A DNA stretch of 64,000 nucleotides from an uncultured virus (IMG/VR IMGVR_UViG_3300010338_000756) (IMGVR_UViG_3300010338_000756); one strand, 5' to 3'. Positions 43,919 to 53,584 are shown, counted from the first letter of the stretch. Notes: generated by a model from the letters alone, not told the origin. A program made the numbers and translations.

Positions 43919-45547
43919 TCACCCGTAGTAGCTCTCGCGCCGAGCGAGGCGCGGGTTGAACAGCCGCACGCCCGCCTCGTCGTCGAGCTCGTCGTCCGAC
44001 AGTTGCAGGTCCATGTAGCGGCGCATGTATTGCAGGGCGATGGTGACGGCGGACACCTGATCGTCGAAGTCCACGTTCGGGAAGGCGGCGCACTCGTTGA
44101 TCAGGTCTTCCGCCCACCGGCGCTCGACGTACCAGACGGCGCCCTTCTCCAGCGGCAGCGAGCTCATGTGCGCGCGGTAGACGAGGTCGCCGTCCACCTT
44201 GACGCCTCGCACCGGCAGGCCCTTTTTTCGCAACTCGGAGATCAGGGAGTGCCCGCTCGCCTTCTTCTCGATCAGGATGCGGTCAGGCTCCCACGTCTTC
44301 GCGGACTCGATGGCCTCGTCGCGCATCTCGCCGAAGCCCGGGCGCCAGCGCCGACGTTCCAGCAGGATCGCGTGCGTGCGCTCCGGAGTCGCGTGGTGCG
44401 TGCGGTTGCGCTCGTCGCGGGTCAGCTCGCTGTACTGGAACAAGCCCCAAGTCGTGCGCACGGTCCACGAGTCCTGCTCCCCGGACTCGAACGCCGTGTC
44501 ATAGGTCTGCACCACCTCGAAGATGTCCGGCAGGGGCCGCTCGGTCTTGCGGTACTCGGCGTGCCAGTCCGGCCAGCGCCACGGGCGCCACCAGTTGCGC
44601 TTGAGGATCACGCCGCCTGCGCCCTCGGGCTGCTGCTGATACTGCGCATTCCAGACGCGCGCCGAGATGGCCTCTTTCTCCTGCGCCACGTAGTTCTCGT
44701 CGAACCGCTCCGGGCACAGCAGCGAGTTCGGCGTCGTCCGGGGATCGCGGAACAGCGGCTCCCCCTCGGGCCCGTTGCCGCGGTTGCGGTAGGTGATGCA
44801 CCGCCGCGAGCCGTCGAACTCCATGGGCAGCACCAGCTTCTCCCACCGCTGGCCTTCCATGGCGAGCACGTGCCCGAACACGTCCCCGACGTGCGTGCGC
44901 TGGCCCACGTAGACCCTGCGGGACGTGTTCGCGTTGTTCACGCGGGAGCGCCACGCGCCATCGTGCCACTCGATCGTATGCTTGCGGATGGCGTCCGACT
45001 CGACTTGCAGGGCGTTGTGCGGGTCGTCCAGCACGAGGATATCCCCGCCGAGGCCCGTCGTCTTGGCCCCGACACTGATCGAGGTCCGGTAGCCCCCCGC
45101 CGTGTTGCTGAACCGGCTGATCCGGTTCTCGTCCGACAGGATCACCACCTGCGGGTAGCGTTGTTGGTACCACCGGGACTCCACGAGGCGGCGCATCTTG
45201 GCGGCGTCCAAGTTCGCCAGCTCGGCGGCGTAGGAGGCGAAGAGGAACTGCGTCTCGGGCTGGTCGCACCACACCCACGCCGGCCACGCCACCGAGCACA
45301 CGCTCGACTTGGTGGACCGCGGAGGGACCGAGATCATCAGGTTGCGGATGTCCCCGAGGGTGACGTAGGCAAGATGGTCGGCAATGGCGTCGATGTGCCA
45401 CGAGTTCACCAGCGGCTTCGGGTCGATCAGCGGCCAGACGGCCTTGAGGAACCGCCGCAGGCTGCGCCGGCACGTCTCGGCGGATACCGCCGTGTAGTAC
45501 CGCTCGGCGCGCTGGATCGGGGAGAGCTGCGCGGAGTCGGCGAGCAC
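43919..45547 (-). CDS. terL: Terminase large subunit
   Basis: ISVPPRSTKS (Walker A-like), ILVLDDPH (Walker B), AQYQQQP, YDTAF, IEKKASG, FDDQV. Confidence 0.95.
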   Translation of the reverse strand: MLADSAQLSPIQRAERYYTAVSAETCRRSLRRFLKAVWPLIDPKPLVNSWHIDAIADHLAYVTLGDIRNLMISVPPRSTKSSVCSVAWPAWVWCDQPETQFLFASYAAELANLDAAKMRRLVESRWYQQRYPQVVILSDENRISRFSNTAGGYRTSISVGAKTTGLGGDILVLDDPHNALQVESDAIRKHTIEWHDGAWRSRVNNANTSRRVYVGQRTHVGDVFGHVLAMEGQRWEKLVLPMEFDGSRRCITYRNRGNGPEGEPLFRDPRTTPNSLLCPERFDENYVAQEKEAISARVWNAQYQQQPEGAGGVILKRNWWRPWRWPDWHAEYRKTERPLPDIFEVVQTYDTAFESGEQDSWTVRTTWGLFQYSELTRDERNRTHHATPERTHAILLERRRWRPGFGEMRDEAIESAKTWEPDRILIEKKASGHSLISELRKKGLPVRGVKVDGDLVYRAHMSSLPLEKGAVWYVERRWAEDLINECAAFPNVDFDDQVSAVTIALQYMRRYMDLQLSDDELDDEAGVRLFNPRLARRESYYG

Positions 45548-45954
45548 GGCTACGGGACCGTCTGAGCCCGCCCGGGCCTCGCCAGAGCCACGGAGAAGCC
45601 CGTGGTGACGCGCGGATGCACCCCTTGGGTTCGACCCGCCGAGCGCGCGATCGGGCGTCCTGCGCCGCCAGCTTCAGCCCTGCGCGTCATTTCGCGCACC
45701 TTCCTGCAACACCCCAACACCGAGCCAACTCCCCTCGCCCATCCTGACCGCCACGCGGACGGCGCGCCCGGTGCTGTCGCGGTCACTGCAACGTCACCGG
45801 ATACACGCCCCACAGGGCCTGCCGCACCCTGCCCCAATGCGCGCGCTCCTGCCCGGTGTCCTGCCCTTCTGGCACCTCGCGAGGCTCAGGTCGCAGAGCT
45901 CACCGTGCTCGGCATGGCAGACGCTGTCCAGCGGGGTCCACACCGGGGAGCCCG

Positions 45955-46194
45955 TCACTCAGGCACCGCCACCCCGACGCGGCGCAGCAGGGCCTCAAGC
46001 ATCTGGACTCGATCTAGGAGCCGATCTTCCTCGCTGCGCTGGCTGGGAGCGATCAGCTCTTCCGCGATGGCCTTGCGCCCGGCTTCGATGGCCTCATTGA
46101 GGATGGCGAGCCGAGCCTCGATGACCGCCTGATCCTGCGCGAGCAGGGCGTCGCTGGCCTCACGGCCTTCGGGTGCGAAGGAAACCTTGTCCAC
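45955..46194 (-). CDS. Small coiled-coil hypothetical protein
   Basis: AGGGGAG RBS before GTG. Confidence 0.55.
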   Translation of the reverse strand: MDKVSFAPEGREASDALLAQDQAVIEARLAILNEAIEAGRKAIAEELIAPSQRSEEDRLLDRVQMLEALLRRVGVAVPE

Positions 46195-46340
46195 GCAGTG
46201 CTCTCCCCTGCTGACCCAGCTCGGCCCGCCGATGGGCGATGCGGTCGCGCAGCGGCAGGGGCCGACCCGTCGGCCGGATGTTCTGCAAGCTCCCCCCGGA
46301 GGGGCTGCCAACTCCCATCAAGTTCCGTATCTTCATGGCT

Positions 46341-46583
46341 TCACCGAGTTTCCACTGACCGAATCCAGAGGGTCAATCCCCACACCACGAGCGCCAGCAG
46401 CGTAGCACCCACTGCCACGCCGCCGCACAGGGCCGCCAGCGCGAAGTGCCACCGCCCGAAGATCAGCCCCGTGAGGAAGGCGAGCCACGCGAGGATCATC
46501 AGGCCCACGGGCGCCCACTCGGCGGGAATCTCGTATCGCACCGGGTATCGCTTGCGAATCTCGCGCCGCTCAGACCGCTTCAC
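46341..46583 (-). CDS. Small 2-TM membrane protein
   Basis: Basic N-terminus followed by two hydrophobic helices. Confidence 0.6.
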   Translation of the reverse strand: MKRSERREIRKRYPVRYEIPAEWAPVGLMILAWLAFLTGLIFGRWHFALAALCGGVAVGATLLALVVWGLTLWIRSVETR

Positions 46584-46851
46584 GGCTCTTCTCCCGCTCG
46601 GCCAGCAGTTCCCGGATCGCGGCGTGGAACTCCCGGGCGCCGTACAGGCGTCGGCCCACGGCCTGCCACGTCTCGGGCTTCTGCCCCCGGCGTGCCGGAG
46701 CCATGGCGCCGTAGCCTGCCGCGATCACCTCCGCCGCAAAGCCCCGGATGAACCGCTTGCGACGGTCGGCCATGTAGGCGTCCACCGTGCGGCACAGCTC
46801 GATGTAGCCCGGTTCGTGAATGTGCGGCGCGTTCTTCCACTGCGGCATCAC
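46570..46851 (-). CDS. Hypothetical protein
   Basis: Coupled to the TerS stop codon. Confidence 0.6.
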   Translation of the reverse strand: MMPQWKNAPHIHEPGYIELCRTVDAYMADRRKRFIRGFAAEVIAAGYGAMAPARRGQKPETWQAVGRRLYGAREFHAAIRELLAEREKSREAV

Positions 46852-47516
46852 TGCGCTTCCAGCAACCGCCGGCCCTGCTCGTCCCCGGCCAGCAGTTCGG
46901 CGAACTGCGCTTCGAGCGCCACCAGCCGATCCTCGGACACCCCGGTCAGGTCGATATTGGCGTGCAGGTGCTTGTGCCGGTGCTCGAAGATCAGCTTGTC
47001 GTTGAACAGGCCGAGGTGCTTGCCGAGGTTGACCAGTTGACCCTCGACATCAAGCAGCTCGTAGTCGAGGTCATCCCCCACGCGCTTGACTCGGATGGCT
47101 TCCATCTGGTCCCGGGTCAGCTCGTGCAATTCCTTGCGCCGAGCCCGGCGCACCACTTCACCGTCCGGCGTCTGCACCTCTTCGATCACGAGGTAGTCGT
47201 ACTCGTTGGCGAATGCGATGCGAGCCAGCCTCCGGAGCACCTGCTCCTGATCGATGGCGATGCGCTCGGCGGACTCGACTGCGACGTGCGCCTGCAGCCA
47301 CTTGATGTAGTCGGCGTACTTGCGCACGATCTCGTGGCAGCGGTGCCCGGCGTACTTCTCGGTGTAGCCCGCGCGCAGAGCGGCCTGCGTGATGTTGAAA
47401 TCCCTGATGTACTCCTCGCAGAACACCCGCACCCGATACGTGCGCGGCATCAGTCCGGGGAAGCCGAACCGATGCGCGGGCGGACGTGCCGATGAGGGTG
47501 TTGCAGTCTGTTTCAT
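46848..47516 (-). CDS. terS: Terminase small subunit
   Basis: FCEEYI.DFN.TQAA.RAGY; VL..L..IAFA; LGKHLGLF. Confidence 0.9.
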   Translation of the reverse strand: MKQTATPSSARPPAHRFGFPGLMPRTYRVRVFCEEYIRDFNITQAALRAGYTEKYAGHRCHEIVRKYADYIKWLQAHVAVESAERIAIDQEQVLRRLARIAFANEYDYLVIEEVQTPDGEVVRRARRKELHELTRDQMEAIRVKRVGDDLDYELLDVEGQLVNLGKHLGLFNDKLIFEHRHKHLHANIDLTGVSEDRLVALEAQFAELLAGDEQGRRLLEAQ

Positions 47517-47562
47517 GTTGTGTTAGGGTGCGCCCAACGCTCGATCACAGAAGGAAACAGCC

Positions 47563-47679
47563 ATGCGCAATCTGCTCTCCCGCTTCAACGCCCTGCCCGG
47601 TTCCGTGACCTACGCGGCCGGATTCGTGGACGGCGTCATCGTCGCCCTGATTGTGTACCTGATCGCCCGCTTCGTCTAG
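47563..47679 (+). CDS. Small membrane peptide (38 aa; not in the ORF track)
   Basis: GAAGGAA RBS; MRNLLSRFNALPGSVTYAAGFVDGVIVALIVYLIARFV. Confidence 0.55.
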   Translation: MRNLLSRFNALPGSVTYAAGFVDGVIVALIVYLIARFV

Positions 47680-47772
47680 GTCGCATCCTGATGCGGGTCG
47701 CGAGGCCCGCATCGGAATGCCACTTGGCATGACGGTCGCCGGCCCGGAGTCCGGCAACACTAGGAGATGACC

Positions 47773-48873
47773 ATGACCACATTGACTCAGGCTTCCCACC
47801 AGTGGGCCACCCGTCCGGATGACCAGCGGTTCACGTCGCTGTATGACATGCAGTCCTTCCTGCACGCGCAGCGCAGGATGTCGGCGGCCCGCGTGGTGCC
47901 CTCGAAGGCGCTCGAAGCGCATCCCGTCGATGGCGATTCCCGCGCCCTCGTCGTGACCGGCCCCAACGGCGTGCCCGTCGCGCCGACCCACTGGTCCTTC
48001 GGCCAGCTCGCGCAGCGTGCCGGCGCCCCGGCGTCGTACATCCGCGAGCTGCCGAGCGCGCTGGCTGCGGATTGCATCAACTACGGGCTCGTCACGCAGC
48101 GCGAAAACGATGATCTCGGCGTGCTGCTCTACAAGCCCGAGGATGGTGCCGCGCAGCTCCGCGCCGTCACCGGCCCGAACTACGGGCGGGTGTGGAATTC
48201 CAGCATCGTCGATGCGCTCGTGCAGCGCGTGGGCGACGGCGTGAGCGGCGACTTCCGCGTGCCCGGCGAGTTCGGCGCGCGGGTCGAGGTCACGAAGGAA
48301 AACACCACCCTGTTCGCGAGCGACCGGGACATGTTCATCTTCCTCGCGGACGAGGAAAACCGGATCGAGGTGCCGAACCGCCGCGACGGGCAACCCGGCT
48401 CTCTGGCGCGCGGGTTCTTCCTGTGGAACAGCGAGGTCGGCTCGCGCTCGCTCGGCATCGCGACGTTCCTCTTCGACTACGTGTGCAGCAACCGCATCGT
48501 GTGGGGCGCCCTCGACTACACCGAGGTCCGTCTCCGTCACACGTCCGGTGCCCCGGCGCGCTGGATCGACGAGGTGTACCCCGCCATCGAGAGCTACGTC
48601 CATAGCTCCGCGCAGCCGATCACGGCGCTGATCGAGGATGCGCGCACCAAGAAGATCGGCGATGACGTGGACGCCTTCCTGAAGTCCCGCAAGTTCTCCG
48701 GCGCGCAGGCGGCGGCGATCAAGGCCGCGCACCTGAGCGAAGAGGGCCGGCCCATCGAGTCGCTGTGGGACGCGAGCGTCGGCATCACGGCCTACGCGAA
48801 GGGCATCCAGTATCAGGATGCGCGCGTCGAGATCGAGCGCGAGGCCGGCAAGGTTCTGGCGCTCGCGGCCTAG
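47773..48873 (+). CDS. DUF932-family protein
   Basis: W..RPDD.RF.SL, THWSFGQLA, RAVTGP.YGR.W, LFASDRD.F.FL, RGF..WNSEVG, VC.NRIVWG; TAGGAG RBS. Confidence 0.8.
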   Translation: MTTLTQASHQWATRPDDQRFTSLYDMQSFLHAQRRMSAARVVPSKALEAHPVDGDSRALVVTGPNGVPVAPTHWSFGQLAQRAGAPASYIRELPSALAADCINYGLVTQRENDDLGVLLYKPEDGAAQLRAVTGPNYGRVWNSSIVDALVQRVGDGVSGDFRVPGEFGARVEVTKENTTLFASDRDMFIFLADEENRIEVPNRRDGQPGSLARGFFLWNSEVGSRSLGIATFLFDYVCSNRIVWGALDYTEVRLRHTSGAPARWIDEVYPAIESYVHSSAQPITALIEDARTKKIGDDVDAFLKSRKFSGAQAAAIKAAHLSEEGRPIESLWDASVGITAYAKGIQYQDARVEIEREAGKVLALAA

Positions 48874-48900
48874 CCGACGGCTCCGGAATCACGGACACTT

Positions 48901-48926
48901 GGGGCGCTTCGGCGCCCCTTTTTTTT
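48901..48926 (+). terminator. Rho-independent terminator
   Basis: GGGGCGC-TTCG-GCGCCCC followed by T8. Confidence 0.85.
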
Positions 48927-48937
48927 CGGGAGGATGC

Positions 48938-49204
48938 ATGTCAGTCAAACGAGCCGCGATCCTCGCACTGCACGGCGAGATCACACTCATCACCACGCAG
49001 CGGCGCAAGATGATGGGCGAGCTGACGCGCCTCACGGCCGAGTTGCACGACACCAAGCGCCCGCCCACGCCGGAGCAGAAGCTGCGATTGCGCAAGGCGA
49101 TCCGGCAGATGCGCGAGCAGATCGAAGAACTGCGCGATCACAACCGGGCGATCCTCGACCGAATCAATGATCTCAGGGGCCGGAAAGACCAAGGCCCGCA
49201 GTGA
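48938..49204 (+). CDS. Coiled-coil hypothetical protein
   Basis: GGGAGG RBS; helical composition. Confidence 0.55.
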   Translation: MSVKRAAILALHGEITLITTQRRKMMGELTRLTAELHDTKRPPTPEQKLRLRKAIRQMREQIEELRDHNRAILDRINDLRGRKDQGPQ

Positions 49205-49284
49205 AGCGGGCATTGGGCGGCGTCCACGGGGCGATGAGCACGAATGGACATAGTGTCAGGCACAACACGCGCCGCGGAGTGAGT

Positions 49285-49692
49285 CTACCCCGAGCCGTAC
49301 ATCCAGCGCAACGCATCGGCCGGATCGAACAGCCGTTCACGCACCGTGCAGACCACAGCCGGAGGATCGCACGGCGGGCCCTCGCGCACCTCTAGCCGTC
49401 GCACCTGCCTGTCGTTGCGGATCAGGCGCCCGTTCGCGAGCGCGTCCAGAAAGGGCTTCACCCTGTTGTCGAGGTCCGAGATTCGCGCGAATCTCGGACT
49501 GAACTGCACCAGCATCTCCACCTCGACCGGATTCGGGGAATCATAGACCGCCCGGGCTTCCCACAGTTGCTCGCGCACGGCCCGCTGGTAGCTCTTCCCG
49601 GGCCGATCCACGTAGGTCACGGAGACGTGTCGTCCCTGCTTTCTGGAGTAGATGACTGCGGTTCGCCAATATTCGTTCGCGGAGGGAGGCAT
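49285..49692 (-). CDS. rusA: RusA-family Holliday junction resolvase
   Basis: PPSAN.YWR, DLDNRVK..LDAL, NDRQV; start uncertain. Confidence 0.85.
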   Translation of the reverse strand: MPPSANEYWRTAVIYSRKQGRHVSVTYVDRPGKSYQRAVREQLWEARAVYDSPNPVEVEMLVQFSPRFARISDLDNRVKPFLDALANGRLIRNDRQVRRLEVREGPPCDPPAVVCTVRERLFDPADALRWMYGSG

Positions 49693-50171
49693 CGGGAAGG
49701 CGACTCGCTCAAGTAGCGTGCGATGCGTGCCCGTACCAGCATCGAGGCCCACTGCCACGCCAGCGCCCACGGGCTGTACCCCAAGATGTCCTCGACCCTC
49801 GTCAGGTGATCCACTTGATCGCCGAAGGTCTGCTCCCACGTCACCGCACCAATCCCGCTGTCGATCCCGAAGCCCCCCACGTGATAGTGCGCGTGCAGCG
49901 GTATTTGCAGGCCCGGATTCTGCCTCTGACCGATGCCGGGCACCCCGAACGGGGTCGCCGCCATGGACCCGCCCCGACAGTGATGCAGCGTCACAGGCCG
50001 CCGTCCACTGACCACGCAGCGCAGCGTTCGGAGTCTTGCTTCGTGTTCGGCGACCGAACTTGGCAAATGCACCCATTCGGCGATCCTCGCACAGTCCGGG
50101 TTCTCGCAGAACTCGCCGCGCGTGAACGGACAGGCGTCCGGTTCCATGCAGCGGCAGGTGAGCGCGGTCAC
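49617..50171 (-). CDS. Ref/DUF968-like HNH-type nuclease
   Basis: CVVSG....LHH, G.GQR....IPL...YH.G..GI, WEQ.FG. Confidence 0.65.
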   Translation of the reverse strand: MTALTCRCMEPDACPFTRGEFCENPDCARIAEWVHLPSSVAEHEARLRTLRCVVSGRRPVTLHHCRGGSMAATPFGVPGIGQRQNPGLQIPLHAHYHVGGFGIDSGIGAVTWEQTFGDQVDHLTRVEDILGYSPWALAWQWASMLVRARIARYLSESPSRCLPPRTNIGEPQSSTPESRDDTSP

Positions 50172-50455
50172 TGCACTCTGGCCGGCATGTCCACGATATG
50201 CCCCAACCGACTCCCGAGTTCGGAGCGTTCGGCCGGGCGCAGGTCGCGCTTGAGGTATTCGTCCAGCATCTCGCGCACCTTGCGGTTCGCGGCCACGTCA
50301 CGCGGGTGATCGTAGGCGTACTGGTAGGCGTCCACCACTCGCCGCGCGAGCTTGTCCCCGCGCATCGCCAGCGTGCCGATCTCCCGCCCGTAGAGGCGAT
50401 AGACTTCGAGCACCTGCTCCCACGGCCACGACAGGATCGTATTCGGCTCGCTCAC
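50168..50455 (-). CDS. Hypothetical protein
   Basis: Coupled in the operon. Confidence 0.6.
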   Translation of the reverse strand: MSEPNTILSWPWEQVLEVYRLYGREIGTLAMRGDKLARRVVDAYQYAYDHPRDVAANRKVREMLDEYLKRDLRPAERSELGSRLGHIVDMPARVQ

Positions 50456-50464
50456 GCTGCCCCC

Positions 50465-51157
50465 TCAGTTCACCCACAGCTCAAACGGTCTGCGAATCTC
50501 GGCGTCGAACTTTGCCGCAACAGCGGGGTCGGCGTCGAGTGCTGACAGCGATTCGATGCCGAGCGTCTGGCGCACGTACTCGCGCGCAGCGTCCGCAGTG
50601 ACGCACGGGTCATCCCTGAGATCGCGCAGGTAGCCGAGGAATTGCGGCCCGGTGATCATCATGTGCGCCTGCTGAGACAGCGTGCGCGGCTTGCGGCGCT
50701 TGGCCTGCCGCTCGGCGCGCTCCACGACTTCGCGCGCGGCCTGATCCACCGGCGCTTCGTCGTCGTCCAGCTCCACGAATGCCGCTGCGAAAAACTCCCC
50801 CGGGAGTCCCCGCGCACGCCGCTGACAGCCATCGAACGGATGCGAGTACGTCTCGTCGTCGAGCAGGAGCGTGATCGACTGCCCGGTCGGGCCATCCCGC
50901 CATCCCCAAAACATGCACTGCCCGTCGTAGCGCACCTCGCCGCTCGTGGACGATGCGATGGCGACGTGAAAGCGCGTGCCCATCTTGCCACCGCGCGCCT
51001 TCTGGAATCGCTTGAACGGATGTACGCGATCCAGCGAGTCCCCGGCGATCCCGAGTTCCACCGTGCGCCCCACGCCGAGCTCCCACCGCGCGTTCAGCAA
51101 CTCGACTTCCCCGTGCCATGCGAGGTGACGTTCCACACCATGCTGTTCAGGCGACAT
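50465..51157 (-). CDS. Hypothetical phage protein
   Basis: Globular; LSQQA.M....F..YL, A.EYVR...GI.S...LD. Confidence 0.7.
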   Translation of the reverse strand: MSPEQHGVERHLAWHGEVELLNARWELGVGRTVELGIAGDSLDRVHPFKRFQKARGGKMGTRFHVAIASSTSGEVRYDGQCMFWGWRDGPTGQSITLLLDDETYSHPFDGCQRRARGLPGEFFAAAFVELDDDEAPVDQAAREVVERAERQAKRRKPRTLSQQAHMMITGPQFLGYLRDLRDDPCVTADAAREYVRQTLGIESLSALDADPAVAAKFDAEIRRPFELWVN

Positions 51158-52679
51158 TTCGCTGCCTCGACTTGGCCGCGCGGATCATGCGACTGCGCAC
51201 GTAGCGCATCGTCTCGATGGACGGCACAGTCGGCTCGTATGTGATCCACTGGCGCGGCGGCATGGACCCGATACGATCCCGATAGCAATAGGCGGCAAAG
51301 CCCGTGCGCTTGCCATACTTGACGCAATACCCCAGCAGCTCGGTGTAGAACCTCATGCGCTCGATTTCGCTCATCGCGGCCGGGCTCTTCGTCGAGATCG
51401 GCACGAGCAGTCCCTCGACCACCGTGTACTCGCGGCCCATGCGCTCGAAGTAATAGCCGCACTTCGGGCAGGTGAGCGAGCCCGAGAAGACCGTCTTGCA
51501 GTCCGGGCAGGTGAGCGAGCGCAACTCGCCGCGCTTTTTCTCGGCGGCGCGTCGCTCGCGCGCCTTCTGCTCGCGGCTGCCGTCGAGCGACCAATACCTG
51601 TCGTCGATGGCGTAGCCGTGCTCGTGTACGTTGCCGGCGTGATCGAGCACCAGCAGGTTGTGCTTGCCCGGGAACGTGCGCAATCCACGCCCGAGCATCT
51701 GCAAGTAGCGCACGACCGAGCGCGTCGGGCGCGCCATCACCACGCAATCGATCTCCGGAAGATCGAAACCATAGGTGGCGATGTCGCAGTTGCACAGCAC
51801 TTGCGTCTCGCCGCTGCGGAAGCGTCCGAATACCGCATCCCGGTGCGGCTCGCTCGCCGTGCCGTCGATATGCTCGGCCGCCACGCCAGCGGCCCGGAAG
51901 GACTGCGCGAGGTAGCTGGAATGCTCTACGTTCGTCGCGAACACCACGGTCCTGCGCCCCGGCGCGAGGTTCAACCAGTGCTGCACGATGTCGCCGAGCA
52001 GCGGTTGCATCCGCTCGCCAATATCCTTGAGGTTGTAGTCGCCGGCCACCGTGCGCACGCGAGCGAGGTCCGGCGCGGACGGCGCGTAGTATTCCGCGTC
52101 CACGAGATAGCCGTGCGTCGTCAGTTGCCGGACGGTGCCGACTTCCTGCAACTCGTCGAACAGCACGCCGAGCGCGCGCCCGTCATACCGCCCGGGCGTC
52201 GCCGTGAACCCGATGATCCGGGCCTGCGGGTAGAGCTGCAACAGCTTGGTGCGCAACTCGGTGAGGTACAGGTGCGCTTCGTCCGCGATCACGATGTCCG
52301 CAGACGGAAGCACCAGACGATCCCGCTTCACGGCCCGGGACACGAGCGTATCCACGCTCGCGACCTGCACAGGCTGATTCAGGGCGATCAGGTGTTTGTC
52401 GGTCGCCGTGATCACGCCATACCGGAACGGCGCGTGTGCGTCGAGCTTGGCACGCAGTTGCGCAATCAGCTCGTGCCGGGGAGCGAGGAACGTCACTCGC
52501 GCGCCATCACGCCGCACCGCTCGCTCGGCCACCGACATTGCGATGATGGTCTTGCCCGATCCGGTCGGGCTCGCGACGAGAATCCGGCGCGCGTTGCTGG
52601 CCTCGATGCGCAGCACGGCGCGCTTCTGGTACGGCCTCAGCTCAAGGCCAGTGCAAGGCGTGGACGAACCTGCATCCAT
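51147..52679 (-). CDS. SF2 (DEAH) helicase with C-terminal zinc ribbon
   Basis: LRPYQ, SPTGSGKT, DEAH, TATP, GFD.P, QM.GRGLR, CPDC..CPKC. Confidence 0.92.
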   Translation of the reverse strand: MDAGSSTPCTGLELRPYQKRAVLRIEASNARRILVASPTGSGKTIIAMSVAERAVRRDGARVTFLAPRHELIAQLRAKLDAHAPFRYGVITATDKHLIALNQPVQVASVDTLVSRAVKRDRLVLPSADIVIADEAHLYLTELRTKLLQLYPQARIIGFTATPGRYDGRALGVLFDELQEVGTVRQLTTHGYLVDAEYYAPSAPDLARVRTVAGDYNLKDIGERMQPLLGDIVQHWLNLAPGRRTVVFATNVEHSSYLAQSFRAAGVAAEHIDGTASEPHRDAVFGRFRSGETQVLCNCDIATYGFDLPEIDCVVMARPTRSVVRYLQMLGRGLRTFPGKHNLLVLDHAGNVHEHGYAIDDRYWSLDGSREQKARERRAAEKKRGELRSLTCPDCKTVFSGSLTCPKCGYYFERMGREYTVVEGLLVPISTKSPAAMSEIERMRFYTELLGYCVKYGKRTGFAAYCYRDRIGSMPPRQWITYEPTVPSIETMRYVRSRMIRAAKSRQRNVA

Positions 52680-52989
52680 CTTGGTCTCGCTTCTCACCCA
52701 AATCGTAGACGACATCCACGGACGCAGCACCGTCTCGGCGCAGCGCCTTCGTGAGCCTATCGCACAACCACTCGTTGCGCCCTTTCAAGCTCGCCAGCAC
52801 CCAACAGCCACGCACGGGCCAGTGACACGTCGAGGGGTCGATGGAAGGGTCCACGATCAGGCCATCCGGGGTGAGCACGTCGCTCGCTTCGCGCAGGAAC
52901 ACCGCGTCGATCTCGCCACGCTCAACGAGCGCGCGAACACGATGCGCGTTGCGCGGGAGTCGTTGCCCGGGTTTCAGGGGTCTCGCCAC
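52642..52989 (-). CDS. Hypothetical protein
   Basis: Lies in operon upstream of the helicase. Confidence 0.5.
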   Translation of the reverse strand: MARPLKPGQRLPRNAHRVRALVERGEIDAVFLREASDVLTPDGLIVDPSIDPSTCHWPVRGCWVLASLKGRNEWLCDRLTKALRRDGAASVDVVYDLGEKRDQDGCRFVHALHWP

Positions 52990-53056
52990 CGGAATCGCCT
53001 TGTGTTGTGCCGTTTCGCAGTGTAACGGCGGCGGCCGGCAAGGTCAACCGCAGCGG

Positions 53057-53338
53057 TTACCGGAACAGGTCACGCTGACGCGGCGACCGTCGCGACGGCG
53101 CGCGACTGAACATCGGCTTCGCCGGCGCCTTGGGCTCGGCACGCTCCGGCAGCTTGCGCACGAACTCGCGCACACGCCGCTCGTGATTCGCTTCCCACTG
53201 CTCCGGGTCGCCAACGCATTCCAGACGATGATCGGCCCAGGTATGCGGATGCACGGGCACCCACCTGCCAGCGCGCAGTTCCCACGAGATCGGATCAGCA
53301 CACCACTTGCAGCGAGCCATGCCTGCATCATAGCGCAA
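53057..53338 (-). CDS. Hypothetical protein with CxxC...H...C motif
   Basis: ARCKWC.DPI.W...GRWVP...DH..EC; start may be the second Met. Confidence 0.55.
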   Translation of the reverse strand: MRYDAGMARCKWCADPISWELRAGRWVPVHPHTWADHRLECVGDPEQWEANHERRVREFVRKLPERAEPKAPAKPMFSRAPSRRSPRQRDLFR

Positions 53339-53433
53339 AACAGCCGAGAAACAACGCGAATCACGAGAATGCTGCTGTGCCGCAGCGCGGCCCGGATTAT
53401 GTCAAATCCCCGGGCCATGGGGAGGGCCGCCGC

Positions 53434-53470
53434 CCCGAGTCCGAGTCCCGAGTCCCGAGTCCGAGTCCCG
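53434..53470. repeat. Five tandem CCGAGT(C) units
   Basis: CCCGAGT-CCGAGT-CCCGAGT-CCCGAGT-CCGAGT-CCCG. Confidence 0.9.
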
Positions 53471-53584
53471 GGCGCCCCGCCGCCCCGGCTCCGGGGCCAC
53501 CGCCCCGCCCCCTGCCCCGGGGGCCCGTCTCTCCGAACCCCAAGGATCGGAGGGAGGGAGGGAGCGGCCCGGCACGGCCAGAAC

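Noticed and set aside
44040..44075. TerL nuclease motif reads DDQVSA rather than DDQVDA
   Set aside because: The DD pair is retained and the later position varies among terminases; no evidence of inactivation
41281..45565. Long plus-strand ORFs (821 aa, 586 aa) and similar antisense ORFs elsewhere
   Set aside because: Shadow frames of portal, TerL and capsid genes caused by high-GC codon bias; no motifs
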